The position numbers were made by a program, and so were the translations under genes. Positions 25,831-38,414 of a DNA stretch of 64,000 nt are shown piece after piece. The notes below the pieces were generated by a model. That model was not told where the DNA came from and searched no databases. It saw only the letters and a list, made by a program, of their open reading frames with translations. Source of the stretch: Microthyrium microscopicum (lineage: Eukaryota); the NCBI GenBank assembly GCA_010405405.1, contig MU004241.1:310001-374000 (forward strand), written 5' to 3'. The stretch's first letter is position 1, and every line of letters begins with the position of its first letter.

Positions 25831-26115
25831 CTAATCCGCGTCCAAAAAACCACAAAATCTACGAGGGAGCTGCGCGAGAATTCGGGTCCAAGCGCCCTCC
25901 GAAAATGATTTTGCATACGGCAAATTGAGCGTCGAAAGGCGACATGCGAGCCCTGCAACTTCATCTCTTGCATCATTCTCCTGCAGACCACGACTTTCAC
26001 TCACCCAGAACTACTCCTACCTTTCACATGCTTTCTTCATGAGCCTTGTAATATTTCATTTTCCATGTCTTACTTTCTCCGGTAGACTTGTGCGTCTTAT
26101 CGCTTCAAGGCCGCT

Positions 26116-27497
26116 ATGACGGGCTCATCCTCTAGTGTGGAAGGGATTCGAGACGATGTACCACAAGCTTCCGCATATGCGCGATCGACCTCGTCGAGCG
26201 CCGATTCACTTTTAGGCTCGATAGCGAGCTTACGAGACGATATGTCAAGCTCTGCAAGATGGAAGAATAGCAAGTGGAGGCATCCGCTGGGCATATCGCT
26301 TCTCCTGGTGACTGTTTGCTTATGGACGACATCGAACTTCCTAGCCAGTGTACAACCTCAACTCCCCTCATGTCTAGAAAGCGATACTGACTGCCCTTCC
26401 AGACCATATTCGCCGATAACACCTACTCCAAACCTTACTTCGTAACCTACATAAACTCCTCCTTCTTCGTCCTCCCCCTCTTCCCCATCCTCCTCCAAAA
26501 ATGGCACTCAAACCCCCAAGAAATCCACGATCTTGTCGACGCTATCCGCCGCAAACCACGCCGCTACGCCGTCCTACCCAGCAGCGATCCAGACATCACT
26601 TCCTCACCATCTCCACCGATCCTCAAAAGCCGGACCTCCAGCGACGGCTCCCGCTCCATATCCGCCCTCGACAATCCCGACAGCAAACTCTCCCTCCGCG
26701 CAACGGCCATACTAGCCCTCCCCTTCGGCCTCCTCTGGTTCACAGGCAATTACTTCGCCTTCGCCTGTCTCGAATACACCACCGTCGGTTCCGCGACCAT
26801 CCTAACCAGCACATCATCAATCTGGGCGTTAATCGCCGGTACATTTGCGCAAGTCGAGCGCTTTACATTCCGCAAACTCCTCGGTGTGCTTGCATCGCTT
26901 GCTGGTGTCGCCCTCATCAGTAGTATCGATATGCGCGCCTCGGATGACACGGACCGTGGTTCATTTCCACACAAAACAGCGCGCGAAATCGCGGTTGGCG
27001 ATATGATGGCTCTGTTTTCCGCAATGATCTATGGTGTATACGTAGTCTTGATCAAGAAAAGGGTAGGCGATGAAAGTAGAGTGAACATGCCACTATTCTT
27101 TGGCCTGGTGGGGTTATATAATGTACTGATGATGTGGCCGGGCTTCTTCATTCTGCACGTTACTGGCATCGAAACATTCCAACTACCGCCGACGGCGCGT
27201 ATCACAGGAATCTTGGTGGTTAATGGTACGAGTAGTCTAGTCAGTGACTTTTGCTGGGCTTTCGCGATGCTGATCACGAGTCCGTTGGTCGTTACTGTGG
27301 GACTCAGTCTGACGATACCACTGAGTTTGGTGGCGCAGATGTTTATCAGTGGGCTGTATTCTGGGTGGATGTATTGGGTTGGCGCGAGTGTGGTGGTGGG
27401 GAGCTTTGTGTTTGTTAATAATGAGGAAGTCAAGGATGATATTGTGCTGGAGGAAGGGCCGGGAGTTCTGGAGTCTGGAATATTGGCTTCTGGATAG
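26116..27497 (+). CDS. DMT/EamA-superfamily membrane transporter (THI74/YML018C/SLC35F5-like)
   Basis: LGISLLLVTVCLWTTSNFLAS, intron 26350-26402, TIFADNTYSKPYFVTYINSSFF, CLEYTTVGSATILTSTSS, GDMMALFSAMIYGVY and TSPLVVTVGLSLTIPLS. Confidence 0.9.
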
Positions 27498-27665
27498 CCT
27501 ATTGATCGTGGTGTTGACTGAGGATGAAATATACCCCTATAGATGATATTTATGATTTGTTGCATTTGTGTATTTAGCTTAATAGATTTAGAGCATTATA
27601 CCTACGAAATAGCGTTACAAATTACGCATTACACAGTATTACGCTCCCGATGTCTGATTACGTCC

Positions 27666-30600
27666 TTAACCAACTGGCTGATTCCCACCAGCCCGGTTCT
27701 CATCATACCATCGATACAGTGGATACGGTTTCTTGACGCGCTCCCTCCTGGGGAAGATCCACCGCCATACCAGCTGGTCCATCTTATATGGCGCAACTTC
27801 GAGTAATTGATAGCGGCAATGCCGGAGCGTTGGCACGCCGACTGTCACACATTAGATGCGTCATCGCAGAAAAGTAGATATAGACGTACAGATATAGTTG
27901 ATTTCCTCTAACGTCTTCTCTTTCGTCTCAGGTACGAACAAGAAGATGAACACCCAGGCGAGCATACAGAGCCCTGTGAATATTCCCAGGAGCGTACGAG
28001 CTGAAGCTGCTGGTGACGACTTGGATGGAAGAAGGCGGGGGACGAGAAGGAGGAGGAGGCCGGCCTGGTGGGTATTAGTATGGATGTAATGCAAGTAATA
28101 TAAAGGTAAGATAAAGGTTGTCGGGGTCCACTTACGCCTAGAAAGTTCCAGAAGACGGCGAATGACATGCCGGCTTCGCGGTTTGTGAGTGGGTATACTT
28201 CCTATCTCTGGTTAGTTGGGACTACTCAAAGATGTGGTGGGATTGATAATGTGTATGGTGGAATGATAGAGCTGGGGACAAGAGTGATTGACTTACGGCA
28301 GAGTAGGCGAATGGTATGGGGCCCTGTGTTTGGTCAGTATTATGGATGACAATTGACATCAAATTCGTGGCGAGACGAGACTGAGGGTATTATAGCAGGA
28401 AGACACAATCTTTGCCGCTTTGTTACTCAAAGGTAGAATAGGAGAAGGAGAGAAGAGAGAGAGAAAATTGTACATACACCGCCGAAGCTATAGAGTGCAG
28501 TAAAAACGATGATGAATGCATAAGCAACATTTTGGTGATCTTCTATAACCAGAGCGGTTATGAGGAGGCAAATGGCTGTTCAATCATTAGATTTCAGGGG
28601 AGGATGTGGGTGTTGGTTACTTTTACCCATAAATGGAAATGTCCACAATAATAGCCAACGTCTGCCTTTACGATCAACGAGAAAGTATGCTACAAAGGAT
28701 ATCAGTAAACATGCTGAAGACTGAGAAGAGTATTCGTTTCAATGGCTCTATTGGGAGGACCCACCTGGAAAGGAGAATAGGAAGTTGGTTATGCCAAAGC
28801 CCCCTAACAAATGTTAGCTGCAATTGTGCTCCTGTTCTGTTTGTTGAGTAGAGGTTGAAAGAGTTCACTCAGGACACAGCTTCAAATCCTGGTGTATAAT
28901 ATCTCCATTTTGGTCATGGTCAAGCGTTCGCATAAGGGATTGAGATCATATGGGAGACAGCATCATAATAGGGGATGAGCACTTACAGCTGTACCATAGA
29001 GGCTTAAGATCATTCACGCCGTTGTGTATATCGGCGCTACTGTCGCCACCAAAGAGGCTCGATGAATCTTTAATAGTCAGGAATTTTAGATCTCAGGAAG
29101 GGCCAAGAAGCTTACAAAAGGCTAGAATATTGATCTAATCAAAGTTAGCAAGCATTGTGTGGGTCTCGAATTGATAACTTACGCCGCAAAGCTGTTGGGC
29201 AATCATGACCACCGCGGCAGCCAACGCTGTGAAACAGTCAGTCTGCTGTAGGACGAGTCGTAATCTGAAGGCCCGTGAACTTACATGCTCGAGCAACACG
29301 CTTGTGTATGACCAAATGAGCCACTCGCTTGATATAGTTCGTATCACGAAATTGAAGAACGAATGGATCTCTGGCCACATTGTCGCCCTTGAGATCTTCA
29401 TTACCAATCCACATACGACTCCACCAAGCAGTGATGCGCTGCCGAAATCCTCTTGGACCATCATATATCTCTGTTGTAGACGTATTCTTCCCATTGGTCG
29501 TAGCATCATCTTCGTCATCGCTGTAATAATCGTCGTAGTCATCGTATTCCTCCTGCTGGGTGCCATGCGGCAACGGTGTTAGAGGGACGGGTCTATTTGC
29601 TAGTTCTTCATCAGATTGTGCCTTTCGTTTCCCCATCAGCTGGGCTTCGGCTGCTTGAAGTTGTGCGTCCAGGGTGATCATCTCTTCTGCAGCAGCTATT
29701 GGACTGCCACGAAGCCGCAGATAAGAGCGGTATGCCTCAATATACAATCCTCGTTTAAGTAGAAATCTATGATGGTTAATGGGGCATCTCGACCAGCCAT
29801 GGAAAGAGACACACCTTGGACTTTCTGGACACGCAAAGACCATCGTGAGCAGGCAAAGAGTTGGAACGATGCCAGAGCCAAACATGATTCTCCAAGCTTT
29901 AGTTCTAGCACAGACAAGGTTTACAGTAAAGGAGACAAATATTCCAAATGCTGTAAAGACCTGCTCTCTGTCAGTGCGGGTCAACTCAAAAGTAAAGTCT
30001 TGAAGCGTCGAGAACAAACTTATTGTCCCACACTTCATTGAGAAATGACAATATGTGGAGTGCACATACCTGCCAATTGATGACCAGTCGTCCTGCTCTC
30101 GTTAGCTTATGAAAGAAAATAAGTAGGGATTTACGAACCTCTTAGTCGGGCAGGCGATACCTCCGCTTCACTTAGTTAGCACATATCCGTTTCAATCTGT
30201 TGTCGCAACCAAATTTCATACCGGCATAAATTGGAACTAGAAAAAGATTAGCTGCACATCCTAGCCTTAGAAAATAGAAATTCACTTGCCCACGCTGGCC
30301 TTCGCGCCCATTCCTAGGCCTAAAATGATCCTGAACACGAGTAGTTCCCACTTAGTCTTGCAAAATGCCTGTCCTAAGACTGCTGTCAATGTGAAGCAAG
30401 CAGCAATGAATATAGCTCCTCTGCGGCCATATATCTGAATCTGTTAGTAAACATTATCGAGGCTACTCTACGGGCAAAATGATGAAATCTTCCTATACAC
30501 GCCGAATTCTATGTTGCCGTCTCGTAAGGGCAGTCACAGCTCGGCAGGATGTGATGGTCCGGATTGGAAAGTTCATGTTGACGAGAAGAATGCTTACCCA

Positions 30601-31628
30601 TTCGTTTAAAGGGTCACTTAGCCAGCAGCCTGCCTAGTCGTCTGTCAGTCTGGGGCCCGCGAGGAAGAGTCAAGTCAGACTATACCAGTGCGCCACTCAA
30701 AAATAAGGCCGCATTTTGAACCTCAAATAACCATTTACTGCCATTGGAGAAATTTCCGCTTGGGTCGAGCATTCCCAAATCCGCAGGATAATAGAGATTG
30801 GCTGCATTGGCGCTAGATTGGGTCTGAGAAATTAGAAAAGTAGTTTAGAGTTGAATCCTTCGATCAACACTGCTCAATGATAATGCACCAGAAGGCGAAG
30901 TAATGAACAAGCGAGTCTTGAAAACTGAGGAACACTTACCCATCCCTGAACGACTGCTGCGATGCAACATAGTGCAATTGGTATTCTGATATGAGTTTCA
31001 TCCCAGAATGTCGCATCCTTTTGGAGACGAAAGACCCTCTCCTCTTCTGCTGGTAGACCAAGACTTGCGTAATGCTTCGGACGTTGGGCTACCTGAGCAG
31101 CTCGATGAAAAAGATCAATATCAATTGCGTATTTCGCAAATCCCCATCTGTTAAAGAGATCTTGGACTCTTTCGCGCAATTCTCTGTCGCTAAGGTGAAT
31201 CAATGGATTATCAATTCTAGAAAATGTTAGAAAGAATTCGCGAGATTTAGAAGCGTCTCGTATTTAACATCAGATCCCTCAAATAATCAAGCATTCTATG
31301 CAGTGACTTTACAAATTCCAGCGATGGGGACGTAAGGAGGAGGTAAGCATTGTTCTATTTTTAGAAATGCGCGATGATGTTGAAAGTCGCAAGGGATGAA
31401 GTTGAGGAAGAACACTTACATCGCACCCTCATTATCTTCCAGCAGCCTTTGCGTTGCAAGAGAGCGCGCAGCCTCACGTTCATGTCTTCGCTGCCGACGA
31501 GCACTTAGACGAGCAGCGCGTCCTATCGATGCGCCCGTGGCGACAGTTCCAATTGTATCAACAGTCGCTCTGCGCTGAGGTCGAACAACGGGTAAACCAT
31601 TTACGGGAGGAACCGAAGGGTCTGCCAT
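27666..31628 (-). CDS. MFS sugar/polyol transporter family protein, highly fragmented by introns
   Basis: Spliced motifs IDNPL, AAVVQGW, GCWLSDPLNE, YGRRGAIF, GMGAKASVVPIYAAEVSPARLRGRLVINWQ, PESPR, AQQLCGINILAF and FVPETKEKTLEEINYI. Some 3' junctions were not fully resolved. Confidence 0.85.
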
Positions 31629-32445
31629 GCCGTTTCAAACAAGCTGTCGATCATCGCAACCAGCGAACCGCCGTTTTTGTTCGAAAGCTATAAAGCTCGC
31701 TGCTAAAGATAATACAGCATAAGACCTGGAAAGTTTGGGAAGAATTGCAGGGGAGAAGCTGGAAACAAGTAGGCAATAATAAAGGAACAAAGTGACGCTA
31801 AAGCTTACAGCGGGCTGGCCCTTTTGACGAACGCTTCTTCGCAGCCAAGGAAACTCACCGGCCGCGCCTCGTATTAGAATTTAGGCCTCAATTGGCACAG
31901 TCACGGCCATTTTATTGGGGGAGGCCTCGAGCAAGGCGTGAGAAAAAGAAGGAAGTGGCGTCAATTTCCAAGAATAATTTCATGATTGACGAGGCTGTGG
32001 CACAATATGCACGGCTGCTGGATGCTATACCGGTAGGTAAGCAAGTTATTTGATAAACGTAGTAAGGTTTGATTTCAAAAACAAGTATCCTGCTTCGCTA
32101 CATTCACTTCATCCCAACGAGATGTCTTTGAAGAGATGCGCGAACGGTCTTGATTCTTGGTTTGCATAAGGCTGAATCGCTCCACTATTTCGAAATATGC
32201 CTTGCGAGACGCTAAATATAAGAGCCAATCACAGTTCTCTCCGAATACAAAATGCGGAGTAATTGCTTGATAGATATATGCGCCGCTGCGCGAAGCGGAA
32301 GTTTGGACTAAGCTTTACTCATCATCATACGCGTCCGGTTGGAATCACAGGCAGCAAATTACTGTGACAGCTCTCCGAGTCCCATACCATACCTACTCCT
32401 GAGTCCTGGTTTGGTTGACAACATTTTTACACGTCATTAGAGAGT

Positions 32446-33231
32446 ATGTTCTTTATTACACCATCAAGAGTCGTGGCCGTAGCTTCTGTACTTATCCTCC
32501 TAATCAGACCGAATCTGCGGATTGCCAATCACCTCTAACATTTACAATAGAAATTTTCTGGAATCTCATCAGCGCGAACACCTTCTAGGGCTATCTTTCA
32601 GTCCCTCTGGTTGAATCAAACACATCATCGAACACACTTCAGGTCGTTCAACAGAGAAATCGCTCAAATGGCCGCCACAAAGCAGGCAATCCTCACAAAG
32701 GGTGCTCCAACGCCGTTGCCCTTCCTTTCTCAAGGTATTGCTGTTAATGGGATGGTCTACTGCTCAGGACAAATCGGGCAAGACCCAGAGACTGGGAAGG
32801 TAATTGAAGGCACAGTTGGGGACAGAACGGTACGATATAACTTTTTCCTATGCTTTGTTCAGTAAAAGACAGAAGTTCACTGTTCTTCATGCTACATCCT
32901 CTTTTTCATCCACAGAGTTCTCTAACTTCTGAACCATAGAGACGAATTCTCCAGAATCTTTCAGCAGTTCTCGAAGCCGCTGGCTCAAGCATGGAGCATG
33001 CGGTGAAGGTTAACGTTTTTCTTACCACCATGGACAATTTCAAAGCTATGAATGACGTTTATACCGAATTCTTTCCGGATCCGAAGCCAGTAAGTTTGTC
33101 ATTTGCCAGTATACTAACTATAAATGATTGACACGCAATAGGTGCGCACTTGTGTTGCTGTGAAAGAACTGCCAATGGGAACAGACGTCGAGATCGAGTG
33201 CTCTGGTTTCATTGCAAAGCCTAACCTTTGA
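32446..33231 (+). CDS. RidA/YjgF/YER057c (Mmf1/Hmf1-like) imine deaminase; long form from ATG 32446, short form from ATG 32668
   Basis: Motifs APTPLPFLSQGI, VYCSGQIG, VKVNVFL, MNDVY, PKPVRTCVAVKELPMGTDVEIEC. Upstream exon 32446-32487 is joined in frame through intron 32488-32550. Confidence 0.9.
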
Positions 33232-33531
33232 TAAGAATCGATGCGATGTTATTATGATATAACAAAAATGCCTTTCCATAGGCCAATAACCGCTGTGTCT
33301 TAAATTATATCTAGCGTTGATAGCGATTGAGTGAATGCTACCAGATTGGTGATCTTTACGACTTGTTCAGGACATAGGGAATGTTCAAAACGTAGTGTGT
33401 CGTACTCAGAAAGCCTTGAAGCCCAGAAATACCAACTGACCCTGCTTTTAATTACACTATCCTGATTTATCCGGGCGTCAATCTTTTTCCAAGATCCAAC
33501 AATCGGGGATTTCTTAGACATCAAGTACAAG

Positions 33532-34464
33532 ATGGACGAAGACGCAGTCAAGGCCCCCATCGCCGCAGAACACTTCCTTCCAAGCTTTCAATACCTGACT
33601 GATCTGGCATTGACGCCGATTGATCGCGATCTCAACCGCGAGGTCGTGGCCCAGGCTCTTTTGCTATCACCTTTTGTTCCTGTCTCAGGAGCTCAGAACA
33701 CTCGAGATCTAGGCCTCTATCCACAGTCTGGAGTCAAAGCTGTTCTCATCTTCCGTTCCGGACCATTGCATACAGTTCCTGAAGCCAGTCGCGCTTCGCT
33801 CTCAACTCAGTTGGGTATAAAAGTGATTTTCGACCTTCGCCAAGAGCACGAGTTCGAAAAGAATTCATGCCCCGAAATACCTGGCATCAGGAATATTTGG
33901 GTTCCGCCTACAGACGAGAGAGTTCGAGTCACTCCGTCAGATTTTGCTGAGGACGAAGGCGTTGCGGGCTATATCAAGATGTATGACAACTCTCTTACTG
34001 TCTATGCCCAAAGCTTTGGCCGTATTCTACGATTTCTCAAAGATAATGAAGATGTTCCTATCATATTTCATTGCTCAGGTAGCCATTGTAGAATTCTCCA
34101 TGTTGTTTTCTCTTATTTCTAATTGTATCTAGGTGGAAACGATAGGACAGGTGTTCTCTCAGCTTTGATTATGAGTCTTGCTGGCTGTTCACCTGAAGTG
34201 ATTGCCCAAGATTATCTTCTCAGCAGGATCTCTTTAGAAACAACCAAGCATCTATTGTTTGATGATATGGAGCAGTAGCTTGGGAACGACTGGATAACTA
34301 TCCCAGGTGCGAAAGAGATGGTCGGCGTGAATGCATACATCATAGCTTCATTCTTGGGCTTTATGCAGAAAACGTATGGCGGTGTGTCAGAATATTGCAA
34401 GAACGTCCTTGGATTAAAAACAGAGGAAATTGCTGGGGTATGTAAGAGCTTGAAGGTAAGATGA
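33532..34464 (+). pseudogene. Tyrosine/serine protein phosphatase (Y_phosphatase3/IphP-like) with one in-frame TAG at 34276-34278
   Basis: NTRDLG, IFRSG, IFDLR and HCSG/GNDRTG (CX5R across intron 34079-34132). After EQ*L the frame continues to a typical YGGVSEYCKNVLGL end and TGA at 34462-34464. Pseudogene versus recoded gene is unresolved. Confidence 0.75.
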
Positions 34465-35036
34465 GTATGGACTTCAAGAATAAAATGCAACAATGAGAAT
34501 TATAGTGGCATCTGTTGATGTCTCCTTGAACTTCACGCGCATCGTTTGCTCTTTTACTTAACTTCAGAATACCTATATTTCATACTTTTCAAGGTCATTT
34601 GCTTTATTGAGAATTCCAGTATCAGAATCAATTGACTCTTCTGCAATGAAAAATCGTGCATTCCTCTCCTGATTTGTTATTCAACTGGGTGCTTAAATCT
34701 ATGATCCAGGAAAAATTATATCTTCCAAATGTCCAAGCCGCTCGGAAAATGAGGAAAACCAACCACATTATTTCCAATCAAGAATCTGCTTCGGGAAGGG
34801 ACCTGAGGTGCAGCTGCAATGGTCATTTTTCCCGTTTTCAACCCGCACCAGCTCTCTCCAAAATCTCATCTTCACCGTCTTTTGTTCAAAGTCTTCCACG
34901 TACTCTTTCAATCATCAGCCTCGTCAACGCTTGCTAATACACGGCCAAGTGGACCTTACGACCATTATCTTTCCACATTGAATTACAACTTGTCGAGGAT
35001 CTTATTAAAGCTTCACGTCGCGCTATTGCCTCATCA

Positions 35037-36887
35037 ATGAACAATCTCAGACAACGACAGCTTGCGATCACCCAAGCTGGTTGGTCGTTCATTGAAGATG
35101 ATCAGATCGATCCACAAAAGGCATTTATCTATCGATTGTCCAACGAATTGATTCACGAAATTTTCCAGTATGTCTTCTTGGAGCCAAGTGGAGTTCCACG
35201 GTGTGTGCGCGAGCAAAATTGTGTCTGCTCACTGCAATGGAACCAAGGATCTTATCCCGTGCTATACCTTTCTCATCGTCTTTACGACATTTGCTTGCCC
35301 TTTCTATACCAGAATATAGAATATAGAATTAGGGAGTATTGGTAATTGGACCAATCTGGGTGGCACATCGAACTTTGGAAAGATGACGGGCACCCGCCAC
35401 AGGAAATTGCAAATCCTGTATCAAAACCTGTGCGTTCATCCAAGATACCGATCTTGGTGCCGTAGGCTCAAGCTGGAGTCCTGCGTGAATTCAGAGACTG
35501 ACGAGCTTCGATATAACCCTGAAAGCATTTCCCTGGCCAGTAGCATTTTTGAATTTCTAAATGCCTTGAGGTGTATCGAGATTTCTTCCGCATGGTGCCG
35601 CGAAGAAGACAATCCATTCATGGATGATTTGAGCCACTCTTTAATGAAAAAAGAACATGTCAAACACTGTCATGTATATGAAGGTATGGGTAGATGTTCA
35701 CCCTTGCCATTACAAGAAGTTGTATTTGGGAGAGCTTTCGGTAACTTGACTATTCTCGAATTATCGATGATGTCTGAGGAAGAATGTGAGCAACTGAATA
35801 GCAAGGTAGAGAGTGCAATCATCGAGGCGAAGAAGATACTAACGCCATAACCAGGATATGATCAACACGGCATCTTTCACAACCCTTATTCTTTCAGGAT
35901 GGGGATGGCGACGATTCGGTGGACAACAAAGAATAGGGACGCAAGTTCAGCTAGCCCCCATTGCTGCTATCTTGAGATGGCCTCGAACTTTAGAGCACTT
36001 CTACTACTCGGACTCTTGTCCAGATCTAATGGATTTTGTGTTGTTGGACTTCCAGCATCTTCTCGCTCCTTGGAACCAGACATTGAGGTCCATCGAGATC
36101 CGGCACATATCGCAGTCCCAACATTCGGCTGTTACTATTGATCCTAGTCAATTGATGTTACTCGCACAACAGTCTATTTCTATGTCAACGCTTATTGAGA
36201 ACCACCAGTCGCAGTCCCCTCCAATTGATTTGCGAGGTTTTGTTAGCTTGGAGTCGTTTTCTGCCCCCCGAATCCATCAATACATGCCGCCTGCGATGGC
36301 TGCGAAATATCTGCTTGCACCAAACCTGAAGCGAATTGTCTGGAACTTGGAGAACGACTACCGCCAAGGTCCTCATCCTTATGAAACCTTCGGTCCCGAC
36401 TGGGACGCCTTTGAGCTGAACCAGGACTGGTTGCAAGACTTCATTATCAGAGTGGCTACAAGCCAGTGCTCTTCATTGGAAAATATTCATGTCGAGTTTT
36501 GTCCACGCCCTGATGCTGGTAAGCAAAAGTTTCCTATCGATGGCATCCTTGCTCTTTGGTAAACGTCTGCGTAATGCCGAACCTTGAATTTATCTCTATA
36601 GCCAAAGTTATCGTGTACTAACAAACCTAGTGGTTACATATATCGATCCTTTTATTGAGAAGGTTGTTCGATTCCGATATCCTTGGGACAAGATGGACAG
36701 AATTGATCGCAAAATCAGGAGACACGAGTTGTCTTTGAGTTATAGTCCACCACCACTTAGCCGAGAGCACTTCTACAAACAGCAGGAAGAACACCTTTCA
36801 ATGCTCAGAGTGGAGGAGATTCAGGCCAATGATGGAAATTGGTGGCAACAAAGTGACACCATAGCAGACTTTAGTAGAGAGGCATAA
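35037..36887 (+). pseudogene. F-box domain protein, frameshifted by a 7-bp tandem duplication
   Basis: F-box-like IYRLSNELIHEIFQYV. AGAATAT is duplicated at 35311-35324, giving an early TAA; removing one copy joins the 35037 and 35383 frames. Further exons lie at ~35854-36518 and ~36631-36887. Confidence 0.7.
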
Positions 36888-37250
36888 CGGTCATTTAGCA
36901 CCGCGGCATCAAGTAGTTGAGCAATTTAGTGTCCTTGTTGCCTGGTATTGGCAGGTACATGTATGGACCTGAGTACGCGAAAATAGACAAATTGAGCAAT
37001 GATAATGCCTCAATTCTGTGTGGCCAGGAACTGGCTTGAATTGGAGCTAACCGGTTGACGTCGCTACTACTGATGGAAATGATGAGTGGTGTGCCTCCAT
37101 CAACGACTTTGCCTCAATTTGCCACAATGTGTGAGTACCAACTACTTTATTCTCCATTGGCTTCCTAGCGGATGTTGAGGATCTTCGACTACTATGAGCT
37201 CTGGAGAGTATGAGCGTTGGAGAGTATGAGCTTCAGAGGGTGTGGTGGTA

Positions 37251-37345
37251 GCCACCGCACTCGATGGGAGCCACCGCACTCGATGGGAGCCACCGCACTC
37301 GATGGGAGCCACCGCACTCGATGGGAGCCACCGCACTCGATGGGA
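37251..37345. repeat. Perfect 19-bp tandem repeat x5 (GCCACCGCACTCGATGGGA)
   Basis: Five identical contiguous copies with no spacers. Confidence 0.97.
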
Positions 37346-37376
37346 GTCTGCCACTTATTTTGTCAACTCGTTGATA

Positions 37377-38414
37377 TCAGTGTTCCTCATAGGGAATTGC
37401 CAATGACCCAGCTGCATTCTGTAAGAATTCTAGCTTTTCCTGGCGAATGGCCATTTGTTCAGGAGTTGACACTTCACTTTGCACCACCCATTCAATCGCC
37501 GCTTGAGTTGTTCGTCTGAGGCGTCTGTCATACTCATGGACCTCTTTGCTGAGGTCGTCGAGTGCAGTCGACAATCCGATCTTGTCAAGCTGCTTAGGCC
37601 AGCCAAATTTATAGTACAGAGTTTTCAATGCGCGCCAGTAATTCAACTCGTTTCGATGCCAGTTCTGAAGAGCAGGAAACCCCTTTCGCCAGTCCTCAGG
37701 ATCTGCGTACGCAATCAAGGTAGCCTGAGAAAGTCCAGTGCGGTTTCCAGTTTTTTCATCAAACTCTCGCGGGAATTGTGCTTTGAGCTCGACGCCCCCG
37801 ACTGGTAGATAGATGAGATCATGAAGATTTTTGACCCAGTTGTCCAAGATGACCTTGGCAGGATAGGACTTGATGGTTTTGTACTCATCCCATGAGGTAT
37901 CGCCGCTATGCATGATTGTCATGGTCGCGTCCTCGCTTTTGTATAAATAGTAGAAATACCGCCGTCCAAACATGATTCGCCTATCGCCTGTGACAAAAAA
38001 GTCTTTCCCAGAGAGAAAATTAGGTATCTCATGCATCCCGCGATAATTCGGGCCCGCAACCAGATAGGATAGATTTGTAGCATCGTGAGCAATTTCAATA
38101 GGCTCGTGGTACTTCAAATCATCCTTGAGATATGGTAGTAACTCCAGAATATCGACGACTTCCGGAGCGAAGCCAATGCGTAGCCAATCCTGACGAGGAA
38201 AGTCGGTATGAGGTGGCCAAGAGATGTTGTCAGGATTAATATGGCCGAGGGATACTAGCAGCGTGTAGACCGCAAAGAGGCCGAGGAGCAAAGGGTGGTG
38301 TTGCTCGGGGATGGCATTGTCTTGTATGAGCGAGCACAATGATCTTCCATGTTCGTTATATTGTGAGACGTGCTCTAGGTCAATGTAAGGAGGGAGTAGA
38401 TGAGGAGAAATCAT
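37377..38414 (-). CDS. Hypothetical protein
   Basis: Intronless 345-codon ORF from ATG 38414 with globular-protein composition (YTLLVSLGHI..ISWPP, PEVVDILELLPYL, LYYKFGWP). Function not recognised. Confidence 0.7.
   Translation of the reverse strand: MISPHLLPPYIDLEHVSQYNEHGRSLCSLIQDNAIPEQHHPLLLGLFAVYTLLVSLGHINPDNISWPPHTDFPRQDWLRIGFAPEVVDILELLPYLKDDLKYHEPIEIAHDATNLSYLVAGPNYRGMHEIPNFLSGKDFFVTGDRRIMFGRRYFYYLYKSEDATMTIMHSGDTSWDEYKTIKSYPAKVILDNWVKNLHDLIYLPVGGVELKAQFPREFDEKTGNRTGLSQATLIAYADPEDWRKGFPALQNWHRNELNYWRALKTLYYKFGWPKQLDKIGLSTALDDLSKEVHEYDRRLRRTTQAAIEWVVQSEVSTPEQMAIRQEKLEFLQNAAGSLAIPYEEH

Noticed and set aside
37251..37345. CRISPR-like array
   Set aside because: The repeats are contiguous with no spacers, no cas genes are present, and the DNA is eukaryotic.
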